From Bacteroidaceae bacterium (lineage in GTDB: Bacteria > Bacteroidota > Bacteroidia > Bacteroidales > Bacteroidaceae), in assembly GCA_045628125.1 (NCBI GenBank), contig JAZQPA010000142.1, forward strand, positions 2,355 to 66,354: a stretch of 64,000 nt of DNA. Reading direction: 5' to 3'. How positions within the stretch are numbered: the stretch's first letter is position 1; each line of letters starts with the position of its first letter. Of this stretch, positions 56,843 through 64,000 are shown piece after piece. Under the pieces are notes generated by a model. The model ran no database searches. It was not told the DNA's origin and saw only the letters and a list, made by a program, of their open reading frames with translations. The translations under genes were made by a program, and so were the position numbers.

Positions 56843-57337
56843 CTAAAGTAATCCTGCAAATATGGCTGAAGCCGTCAATGATGGAATAAGACCAATAAGC
56901 CAACCATAGATGGCTCGGATAAAGTGATATTTTTTTTGGTGATAAGCTCGGTTCATGTGTTCAGTTCCCGGTAATCGGATGCTCTTTATGTTGGCAAAGA
57001 ACACCCAATCCAGAATAAAACAATCGTACCAGTTGATGATGCTCCATAGGCCATAACTAACTACGAAAGCCCAGTAGAAGTTACGTGCCCCGGCAATTTT
57101 AATCAAAACGATGAAGAGTACTATGACCAAAAGTGTTGCAAAACCTTTCTTTAGTAAAACAGTCATTGAGAAGAAGGTCGATGGAACACGTTCATGAGTT
57201 TTGAAATATTCTTCCTGGATGTCTTTAGGATAGTCATGAATCCACCACAATGGATTTCTCTGTAAAGAAATGAGGATTATGGCAGTGAAGAGGATTGTCA
57301 TGACAACTGCTTCTATGAAGAATATGGTAGTATTCAT
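56843..57337 (-). CDS. Membrane protein of unknown function (4-5 TM)
   Basis: 164-aa hydrophobic ORF. Confidence 0.5.
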   Translation of the reverse strand: MNTTIFFIEAVVMTILFTAIILISLQRNPLWWIHDYPKDIQEEYFKTHERVPSTFFSMTVLLKKGFATLLVIVLFIVLIKIAGARNFYWAFVVSYGLWSIINWYDCFILDWVFFANIKSIRLPGTEHMNRAYHQKKYHFIRAIYGWLIGLIPSLTASAIFAGLL

Positions 57338-57438
57338 GATTATTGATGGGTATATCGACTCTATTTCTAGCTAATTTCTTAAGAAAGATGTCTGGTAATG
57401 CTGCCAGACTTTCAGATTATCGAGATAATATAGGCGTT

Positions 57439-57936
57439 TCATTTTGTCAGGGGAATAATTACGCCACAGCGGTAGTCGGCATCGTTGATGTCCAGGCCTT
57501 CATACCATTCCATGTTAATATCCATGCGTACATTCAGTTCAGGATGTGCTGGCAGAAATTGATCATACACTTCGGAATATTGTTGGTGAAAAGCAGCCAT
57601 GCCGCCTTGGAATCCGAACTTCAGCCATTCACCATCAGGTAGGTCGTAAATCTCAAATCCTTCGGGTACATTACCGCCCAAATAAATACCGCCAATTACA
57701 TATAGGAATGTCCCCTTTTCCATGTTACAGAAACATGGTGCATATTCTCCAATCATATTGTCTATGATAGCTTTCTGCTGTGGGGTTGGCTCTATGCCTT
57801 CCGACATGGGTTTTACGTATTTGTCCATGTATTCGTCCCAGAACCTTGGGCATTCTTCTGCTCCTTTCTCGATTGGAATCTCTCGGGAGATTCCAATCAA
57901 CTTTACACCGGAGAATGTGATTTTCTCGTATTTCAT
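57439..57936 (-). CDS. GyrI-like (SRPBCC/effector-binding) small-molecule binding domain protein
   Basis: 165 aa; the pattern resembles the effector domains normally fused to AraC/MerR regulators. Confidence 0.65.
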   Translation of the reverse strand: MKYEKITFSGVKLIGISREIPIEKGAEECPRFWDEYMDKYVKPMSEGIEPTPQQKAIIDNMIGEYAPCFCNMEKGTFLYVIGGIYLGGNVPEGFEIYDLPDGEWLKFGFQGGMAAFHQQYSEVYDQFLPAHPELNVRMDINMEWYEGLDINDADYRCGVIIPLTK

Positions 57937-57939
57937 GGC

Positions 57940-58524
57940 TTATCTTCTTATAAACACTACAAGTTCAGGATTGGCACCATCCTTACCGTATTCACTTACC
58001 AAAATATACTTTTCATCACAAGCAATGCCGTAACAACGGCCGTCGGTTTTCTGAATTTGGGTGCCCCAATAGATGGCATTGTCATCCAGAAGTTTTACTT
58101 CATTGCCGTTAATGCAGTAAGCTTGATTGATAAAATCTCCCTGCAGAATATAAAGATTACTGATGTGAAGTTCTGGAATTCCTAGGGCGTTCACTTCATT
58201 GATAAATGCTTTCTTCATTGGGTGGTCTGCATGGGGAATGGCTTCGGCTGGCATATTCCAACGCTTAAGGGTGGGGAAATAGTTCAGCAGTTCCTGCTTG
58301 TATTCGCAACTGGTGAGTTTTTTTCCAGTGTTTTTGTTGTACTCTTCTACGAACATGGAGCAGTACTCTGCCATTTCCTCCATGGTGAAGTCGCCAGTAA
58401 AGGCACCATCCTTATAGCAATAAATGCAGTATTCTTCGTTTTTGCTGCCGTCGGCATTGGTGCCAAGGATCTCATCGCTCAGAGGCATTCCGCAACTCTG
58501 GCAAAATTTCATTTCTTTAGTCAT
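57940..58524 (-). CDS. Zinc-ribbon domain protein
   Basis: N-terminal CQSCGMPL...YCIYCY four-Cys ribbon. The C-terminal domain is unknown. Confidence 0.6.
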   Translation of the reverse strand: MTKEMKFCQSCGMPLSDEILGTNADGSKNEEYCIYCYKDGAFTGDFTMEEMAEYCSMFVEEYNKNTGKKLTSCEYKQELLNYFPTLKRWNMPAEAIPHADHPMKKAFINEVNALGIPELHISNLYILQGDFINQAYCINGNEVKLLDDNAIYWGTQIQKTDGRCYGIACDEKYILVSEYGKDGANPELVVFIRR

Positions 58525-58530
58525 AATTTG

Positions 58531-58551
58531 TAGTTTTTAGTTTTTAGTTTG
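58531..58551. repeat. Three tandem heptamers (TAGTTTT TAGTTTT TAGTTTG)
   Basis: Seen directly. Lies 6 nt upstream of the zinc-ribbon ATG on the minus strand. Confidence 0.8.
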
Positions 58552-58622
58552 TTGTTAATTATTTAATTCATTGCAAAGTTAGGCAAAATTCAAGGGTAGT
58601 TATTGTAATTATTGGACATATT

Positions 58623-59501
58623 TCAGATCAGGTTCTCAATTAGGATTTTTTTTCTCATTGATCCGCTGAAATTGGGTTGGAACACCTCGGTCAATCCAGA
58701 ATCGGCTTTAATTAGTTCTGAAGGTGTAAACCCGCATATGTCACGGAAATCGGCGGCCATGTGCGATGAATCATAATAACCGCATTTCCAGGCAATATCG
58801 ACTAGTGAGGTTTCCGATGCCGACAACTGCAGTTCCTGTAATGCCTTGTGGAAACGAAGTAGGCGTAGGTAAGCCTTTGGGTTCATGCCCACATATTTAT
58901 TAAAGATACGGGTAAACTGCTTTTGACTCAAACAGGCTGCTGAAGCAAGATCGGCAGTTGATACTTCATTGTATATACCGGGTGTATGCTCTGTAGAGCC
59001 GTAAGTCGGAATCATTTCGTCAAACACCTCATTCAACCGTGACAGATTGACATCGTTCTCCGGAAATTCAGCCAATCGCTGGAGGAAGAAATTATCAAGC
59101 AGCAGTACCCGCTCCTCGGTATTTTCGGCTTGATGTATGGCAATGCATAATTGAATGAATGCCTCGTCCCGCGTGGCTTCAGGAGTTAGGAACTCTGCCT
59201 TATGTTCCGAGCGAAAGAACATCTTAGAACAAAAAGGCACAAATTCCACGCCGAATATCACTAAATCTCCTTTTTCGGTAATGATGCCCATGCTTTTCAT
59301 AGACTGGTGGTATAGTACTGTTTTGTAACGCTGGTCGCTACCATTCAAGCGTACGGACTGAGAGAGGTAAAACTGTAGGTTGTCTGCTCCATTGGAGAAC
59401 ATTCTTTGTGTGCCTTGTGCAGTGCAGTGAGCGGTCAGTGTCCAGTAGTTGCGTATGAAAGGCTTCAGTGAATTGTGGCATTGAATAGGTGTATAGTTCA
59501 T
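58623..59501 (-). CDS. AraC family transcriptional regulator
   Basis: C-terminal double HTH (LSQKQFTRIFNKYVGMNPKAYLRLLRF...GYYDSSHMAADFRDICGFTPSE). Confidence 0.85.
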   Translation of the reverse strand: MNYTPIQCHNSLKPFIRNYWTLTAHCTAQGTQRMFSNGADNLQFYLSQSVRLNGSDQRYKTVLYHQSMKSMGIITEKGDLVIFGVEFVPFCSKMFFRSEHKAEFLTPEATRDEAFIQLCIAIHQAENTEERVLLLDNFFLQRLAEFPENDVNLSRLNEVFDEMIPTYGSTEHTPGIYNEVSTADLASAACLSQKQFTRIFNKYVGMNPKAYLRLLRFHKALQELQLSASETSLVDIAWKCGYYDSSHMAADFRDICGFTPSELIKADSGLTEVFQPNFSGSMRKKILIENLI

Positions 59502-59564
59502 TGTTCTTTGTGTTTAAGCAAAGTAATTATCAGTTTCAGAAAGGATTCCCGTTTCTTTCTGCTG

Positions 59565-59572
59565 CAAAAGTA
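59565..59572 (-). promoter_or_regulatory. -7 box (TACTTTTG) for the AraC operon
   Basis: TAnnTTTG match 64 nt upstream of the ATG. Confidence 0.4.
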
Positions 59573-59621
59573 ATCACAACTTCCATGATTGCCAATAATT
59601 AAAGTGTCGTCATGGAACGAT

Positions 59622-59657
59622 TGTCTAACTTTTATACACTAATGTGTCTAACTTTTA
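59622..59657. promoter_or_regulatory. Direct repeat TGTCTAACTTTTA x2 (23-bp period), candidate AraC-type operator
   Basis: A perfect 13-mer at 59622-59634 and 59645-59657. The second copy is embedded in an imperfect palindrome, CTAATGTGTCTAAC/TTTTAGACATTAG. It lies between the divergent -7 boxes. Confidence 0.45.
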
Positions 59658-59757
59658 GACATTAGGTTGATCTTTGAGACTCATTTTATGTTTTCGTCTT
59701 TATCGTAGATTTTTCGTAATGGAGGGGACCATAAGAACGGAATCGGGCGGTTTTGTG

Positions 59758-59765
59758 TATCTTTG
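59758..59765 (+). promoter_or_regulatory. -7 box (TATCTTTG) for the MIP-G3E operon
   Basis: TAnnTTTG match 26 nt upstream of the ATG at 59791. Confidence 0.5.
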
Positions 59766-59790
59766 CGATAAACTAATCAATGATAAAAAA

Positions 59791-60600
59791 ATGAAGGGTT
59801 TTTTTGGTGAGTTCTTGGGAACTTTTATTCTTACTCTGTTTGGCTGCAGTTGTGTGGCAGTAGCCGTTTTGTTTGGTGAATATAGCAGCATTTTTCAAGT
59901 AGGTATTGTGTGGGGATTGGGAGTGACGTTAGCCATTTTTTTGACTCGCAACATCTGTTGTGCGCACTTGAATCCGGCTGTTACAATATCCATGGTTCTG
60001 GCTGGCAGAATGAATGCTAAGTTGTTGCCCGCCTATATTGCTGCTCAACTATTGGGTGGCGTCATGGCAGGTCTGGTACTGTATGGTTTGTTTTCCGCAT
60101 CCATTGTTACATACGAGAGTGCACATGAGATAGTTCGGGGAACAGCCGCAAGTGTGGATACAGCACGTATGTTTGGCGAGTTCTATCCTAATCCGGGTGA
60201 TGCTTCCGTGGCCACTGTGTCATTGCCCTTGGCCTTTGCGGCTGAGGCTTTCGGTACTTTTCTGCTGGTGTTGTTTATCTTTGCGCTGACTGAAGATTGC
60301 AATGTGGGGCGTCCATCCGAGACCTTGCAGCCACTTTTCATTGGCTTGACCGTAAGTAGCATCATCTTCTTCATCGCCCCATTGACTCAGGCGGGATTGA
60401 ACCCAGCACGTGACTTGGGGCCTCGCATTGTGGCATATCTGTGCGGATGGGGAAGTGCTGCACTGCCCGATGAGATAGGAGGTTGGTTTTGGGTGTATGT
60501 GCTGGCTCCTGTAGTGGGTGGAAGTATAGCTGCAGTATTCTTCAAATACCTGCTGGAGCCGGAGATGAAGAGACATAATTGTGATTGTGGATGTAAATGA
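59791..60600 (+). CDS. MIP family aquaglyceroporin (GlpF-like) with a Cys-rich C-terminal tail
   Basis: Two NPA boxes (HLNPAVT, LNPARD), 6 TM helices, tail ...RHNCDCGCK. Start chosen at MKGFFGEF because a -7 box lies inside the longer TTG-initiated ORF. Confidence 0.9.
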   Translation: MKGFFGEFLGTFILTLFGCSCVAVAVLFGEYSSIFQVGIVWGLGVTLAIFLTRNICCAHLNPAVTISMVLAGRMNAKLLPAYIAAQLLGGVMAGLVLYGLFSASIVTYESAHEIVRGTAASVDTARMFGEFYPNPGDASVATVSLPLAFAAEAFGTFLLVLFIFALTEDCNVGRPSETLQPLFIGLTVSSIIFFIAPLTQAGLNPARDLGPRIVAYLCGWGSAALPDEIGGWFWVYVLAPVVGGSIAAVFFKYLLEPEMKRHNCDCGCK

Positions 60601-61706
60601 AATCAAGAAATATGAAACAGACAAGATTGATTTTGGCCGGCGGCTTTTTGGGTGCCGGAAAGACCACTCTGATATGGGATGTGGCTCAGCGGCTCATGGC
60701 TGAGGGAAAACGAGTTGGGTTGGTGACAAACGATCAGGCACCTCAGTTGGTAGATAGCCAGTTGCTTATGTCATCGGGATTGAATGTACAGGAAGTGGCA
60801 GGTAGTTGTTTCTGTTGCAATTTTAATGGTTTTGTTGATGCCATAAAGAACTTGCGTTCCGATATTGAGGCCGATGTGATTCTGGCAGAGCCAGTGGGCA
60901 GCTGTGCCGACCTTTCAGCTACCATTGTTAATCCGCTGAAAAAATTCTATAATACGGAATTATTGGTATCCCCGCTGACCGTATTGGTTGATCCTATCCG
61001 TTTGAAATCCATTCTGTATGGTGGAAGTGGCGGATTGCACGAGGATGCCGCCTATATCTATCGTAAGCAGATGGAAGAGAGCGATGTGATTCTGATTACC
61101 AAAACCGATTTGCTGAGTGAACAGGAAGTAGCCAAGATGCAGAAGGATGTTCAAGGTGCTTTCCCTGCATCCAAGGTAATGGCAGCCAGCACGCTCAAGG
61201 GCACAGGCATTGCAGAATGGTTGGAAGAGGTAGGTAGCAGAGTGGATGCCGGAACCAGATTGCTGGATATCGATTATGACAAGTATGCTCATGGTGAAGC
61301 CGTTCTGGGTTGGCTTAACGGAACCGTATTACTGGATGGTCCATCTACCTATTGGGATGCATTCTTCAAAGATTTGATGAATAATTTGGCTGATAGGTTG
61401 GCCGCAGAGTCGTTGCCCATCGGACATGTAAAGCTGATTGCCGAGAATGGAAAGCAGAATGTATCTGCCAATATTACCGGTGACGTCTCAACCCTGCAGT
61501 TCCGTGGTGCTGCCGGTACAAGTGAGCATCTGAAACTGATCATTAATGCTCGAGTGGAAACATCTCCGGAACATTTGGACGAATTGGTACGTGAAGTTTT
61601 AATTACAACCATTGGAGATAAGTACGAGAACGAGGTGACAGCATGGAAGTTTCTTCAACCGGGTCGCCCAACCCCAACACACCGATTCTCGGAAGTAGTA
61701 AGATAA
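60597..61706 (+). CDS. G3E-family P-loop GTPase (COG0523/CobW-like) with CxCC motif and an atypical C-terminal domain
   Basis: Walker A GGFLGAGKTT, CFCC at residues 71-74, EPVGSCAD and ITKTD. ATGA overlap with the MIP stop. Confidence 0.8.
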   Translation: MKSRNMKQTRLILAGGFLGAGKTTLIWDVAQRLMAEGKRVGLVTNDQAPQLVDSQLLMSSGLNVQEVAGSCFCCNFNGFVDAIKNLRSDIEADVILAEPVGSCADLSATIVNPLKKFYNTELLVSPLTVLVDPIRLKSILYGGSGGLHEDAAYIYRKQMEESDVILITKTDLLSEQEVAKMQKDVQGAFPASKVMAASTLKGTGIAEWLEEVGSRVDAGTRLLDIDYDKYAHGEAVLGWLNGTVLLDGPSTYWDAFFKDLMNNLADRLAAESLPIGHVKLIAENGKQNVSANITGDVSTLQFRGAAGTSEHLKLIINARVETSPEHLDELVREVLITTIGDKYENEVTAWKFLQPGRPTPTHRFSEVVR

Positions 61707-61710
61707 TCGG

Positions 61711-61738
61711 AAAGCCCTTCCATTGTGAAGGGCTTTTT
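61711..61738 (+). terminator. Rho-independent terminator
   Basis: AAAGCCCTTC-cattgt-GAAGGGCTTTTT hairpin. Confidence 0.7.
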
Positions 61739-61774
61739 GCTGACATAATGTTTGGATTTGTAAGTAAAAAGCTT

Positions 61775-61782
61775 TATCTTTG
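61775..61782 (+). promoter_or_regulatory. -7 box (TATCTTTG) for the AGCS transporter
   Basis: TAnnTTTG match 30 nt upstream of the ATG. Confidence 0.45.
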
Positions 61783-61811
61783 CACGGTTTTTTAAGGTAA
61801 ATGCGTGCATT

Positions 61812-63185
61812 ATGAATGATTTTATAGTAAAGTTTGGAGAGATAGCAGAATCGGTAAGTGGTTTTTTGTGGGGATGGCCCATGATGATATTGTTGTTTGG
61901 TACCCACATTTTCCTGACCATTAAACTACGTTTTCCTCAGCGTAAGCTTTTCAAGGCAATCGGTCTTTCAATAAAGAAAGATCCTGATGCTGCTGGTGAT
62001 GTGAGCCAGTTCGGTGCTCTTGCCACCTCATTGGCTGGTACCATTGGAACTGGTAATATTGTGGCTGTAGCCACAGCAATCACACTGGGTGGTCCTGGAG
62101 CTGTGTTCTGGTGCTGGCTGACTGGTGTAATCGGTATCTCTACCAGTTATGCTGAGGGTTTGGTTGCGATCAAATATCGTAAACGTGCTGAAGATGGCCG
62201 TATGTTGGGAGGTGCCATGTATGCCCTGGAGAGAGGGTTGGGTATGAAATGGCTAGCCGTATTATTCTGTGTATTTGCAGTTTTGGCATCTTTTGGTATT
62301 GGTAGCACCGTTCAAGCCAATGCGATTTCTGTGTTGTTGAACGATTCTTATAATATACCACTTTGGGTGACGGGTATAGTTGCAGCATCGCTCACGGCAT
62401 TAGTGATTCTTGGTGGTATCAAGGGTATCTCACGCGTTTGTACCACGTTGGTACCATTTATGGCTGCATTTTATATTTTGGGTTGTATCGTATTGCTGTT
62501 TATTAATGGTTCGCATGTGTGGCCTGCTATTAAACTGATAGTAGAATCAGCCTTTAATCCGAGTGCTGCAGGTGGTGGTTTTGTGGGAGGCTCTTTCCTG
62601 ATTGCTGCCCGTTACGGTATTGCACGCGGTTTGTTTTCGAATGAGGCCGGTTTGGGCTCTGCCCCTATTGTTGCTGCAGCTGCAAAGACCCGTAATCCGG
62701 TACGTCAGGCTTTGGTTTCCTCAACAGGAACTTTCTGGGATACTGTAGTAATCTGTGCTTTGACAGGTATTGTGCTGGTAAGTAGTATTCTGTCTGGTAA
62801 TGTCTCTTACGAGGATGGAGCCGCACTTACTAAAGTTGCTTTCTCTGCTATTCCTGTTGTGGGTACCCCAATCTTGTCTATCGGAATTTGTACTTTTGCT
62901 TTCACAACTATTTTGGGATGGTCATATTATGCTGAGCGCGCCTTGGAATATTTAGGAGGTGTGCGCTCCATTAAGTTCTTCCGAGTAATATGGTGTATCA
63001 GTATCTTCCTTGGTGCTGTGGCAAATTTGTCTTTGGTTTGGACATTAGCCGATTCCATGAACGCGCTGATGGCTATTCCAAACCTTGTTTCTTTGCTGCT
63101 GCTGTCTGGAGTGATTGTTAAGGAAACGAAGAAATACTTGTGGGAGAACCGATTGGACGAATTTGATCCTGACTTGATGCAATAA
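61812..63185 (+). CDS. Alanine/glycine:cation symporter (AGCS) family transporter
   Basis: 457 aa, ~11 TM helices, GTGNIVAVATAI and FSNEAGLGSAPI motifs. Confidence 0.9.
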   Translation: MNDFIVKFGEIAESVSGFLWGWPMMILLFGTHIFLTIKLRFPQRKLFKAIGLSIKKDPDAAGDVSQFGALATSLAGTIGTGNIVAVATAITLGGPGAVFWCWLTGVIGISTSYAEGLVAIKYRKRAEDGRMLGGAMYALERGLGMKWLAVLFCVFAVLASFGIGSTVQANAISVLLNDSYNIPLWVTGIVAASLTALVILGGIKGISRVCTTLVPFMAAFYILGCIVLLFINGSHVWPAIKLIVESAFNPSAAGGGFVGGSFLIAARYGIARGLFSNEAGLGSAPIVAAAAKTRNPVRQALVSSTGTFWDTVVICALTGIVLVSSILSGNVSYEDGAALTKVAFSAIPVVGTPILSIGICTFAFTTILGWSYYAERALEYLGGVRSIKFFRVIWCISIFLGAVANLSLVWTLADSMNALMAIPNLVSLLLLSGVIVKETKKYLWENRLDEFDPDLMQ

Positions 63186-63815
63186 TCAATCGAATATCAG
63201 TTCTACCGTATTGAATCCAAATGCCTTGAAAAAGCTGACAAGCTCTTTCTGGGCATTTTCTTTTGCTTTATTGACCGTGGGCTGCGTGTGGTAGCGTTTC
63301 ATCATTTGGCGTTGAGCTTTGTCATACATGGCCTTCATAGCTTTGTTGTCCCATTTGCCCTCCTGATAGAACGTACGGGTTCGGGCCTCGTTGATGAATT
63401 TGCGGTCCAATAATTTAACGGCAGGCATTCTTACACTAATGGTATCACCATGGCAGTTTACCCAATTCTTGCCTCGCAGCAGACGCATGTCGATGCCGTA
63501 ATGCAAATTGCCTACATAAATTCTTGAAAGTGCATCATCCTTAAGAATGACTCTTTTACGAACGGTATCTACCATTTCTTCGGCTTCGACAGTCAGAAAC
63601 ACCCACTCGCCGATATCCTCGATACTTTTAATCTGCTCAGGACTCAAGGATATTTTATTTTCAATGTTATTTGTGGTAACTTGTACAATAGGAGCCTCTG
63701 CCGTACGGATACGGTAGATGACATAAACAATAATGATGAGTGCCAATAGTATAATTAAGACCTTTAACAAATTGGCAGCACTATTCAGGGTGTCTTTAAT
63801 ATCTTTCATTTTCAT
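63186..63815 (-). CDS. DUF4230-like membrane-anchored protein
   Basis: N-terminal TM helix, 209 aa. Confidence 0.6.
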   Translation of the reverse strand: MKMKDIKDTLNSAANLLKVLIILLALIIIVYVIYRIRTAEAPIVQVTTNNIENKISLSPEQIKSIEDIGEWVFLTVEAEEMVDTVRKRVILKDDALSRIYVGNLHYGIDMRLLRGKNWVNCHGDTISVRMPAVKLLDRKFINEARTRTFYQEGKWDNKAMKAMYDKAQRQMMKRYHTQPTVNKAKENAQKELVSFFKAFGFNTVELIFD

Positions 63816-63819
63816 GGCA

Positions 63820-64000
63820 TCAGCGATTGAATTTAATGTCTTTGGAATCCAGTAGTGCAGGCAGGTCGTTCAAGTTGTAATCCTGTTTGCTGAAACGAAT
63901 TTCAATATTGGTATCTTCATATCCCATTTGTTGAAGCATTGGAACAAGTGTGCGAGCCACGCTGGCACGGGCATTTTCAATAATTCCGTTGCTCATCGCA
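63820..64000 (-). CDS. 3' end of a further minus-strand ORF (continues beyond the window, or starts at the ATG at 63996)
   Basis: Open frame ...MSNGIIENARASVARTLVPMLQQMGYEDTNIEIRFSKQDYNLNDLPALLDSKDIKFNR-stop, read by hand. It is not in the supplied ORF track. Confidence 0.35.
   Translation of the reverse strand, partial: AMSNGIIENARASVARTLVPMLQQMGYEDTNIEIRFSKQDYNLNDLPALLDSKDIKFNR

Noticed and set aside
59674-59790. N-terminal extension of the MIP ORF (TTG-initiated, 39 extra residues)
   Set aside because: A good -7 box (59758-59765) lies inside it. The extension has no MIP homology, and the canonical MKGFFGEFLGTF start follows.
1-64000. Search for CRISPR arrays, defence islands, toxin-antitoxin pairs, retron/DGR-like elements and rRNA
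   Set aside because: Reading the intergenic regions and ORF products turned up none of the following: regularly spaced repeats, nuclease/helicase/reverse-transcriptase/recombinase motifs, or rRNA-like sequence.

Overview
Gene-dense 64-kb chromosomal segment that reads like a Bacteroidales (Prevotella/Segatella-like) core-genome region. The lineage call rests on TAnnTTTG -7 promoter boxes, very short or absent leaders without Shine-Dalgarno sequences, and many lipoprotein and TonB-type envelope genes. I call about 72 protein-coding genes, 5 tRNAs (Gly-TCC, Tyr-GTA, Thr-TGT, Val-TAC, Ser-TGA), one candidate small SRP (4.5S-like) RNA fused to the tRNA-Thr unit, and hairpin/T-run terminators at most convergent gene junctions. 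Content is mostly housekeeping or metabolic: ribH, recF, mutS2, pgk, nth, panB, pepD, pncB, rubrerythrin, threonine dehydratase, Dcp, S41 protease, GH78 rhamnosidase and assorted transporters. I saw no CRISPR array, integrase, transposase or recognisable defence or toxin gene, so I cannot point to a convincing self-contained novel system. The stretches most worth a second look are: (1) a 660-bp AT-rich two-ORF cassette bracketed by a 13-bp perfect direct repeat, lying between a promoter and a sugar-porter start codon next to tRNA-Ser; (2) an AraC-controlled aquaglyceroporin with a Cys-rich tail, translationally coupled to a CxCC G3E GTPase; (3) a lipoprotein with a stefin/cystatin-like QVVAG...LPGQ domain; (4) a Fur-family regulator co-transcribed with a Cys/His-rich permease-HMA metal transporter and a candidate operator; (5) a GT2/DUF4199/lipoprotein/beta-barrel envelope module. 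All functional calls come from motif recognition by eye, and no database search was possible.
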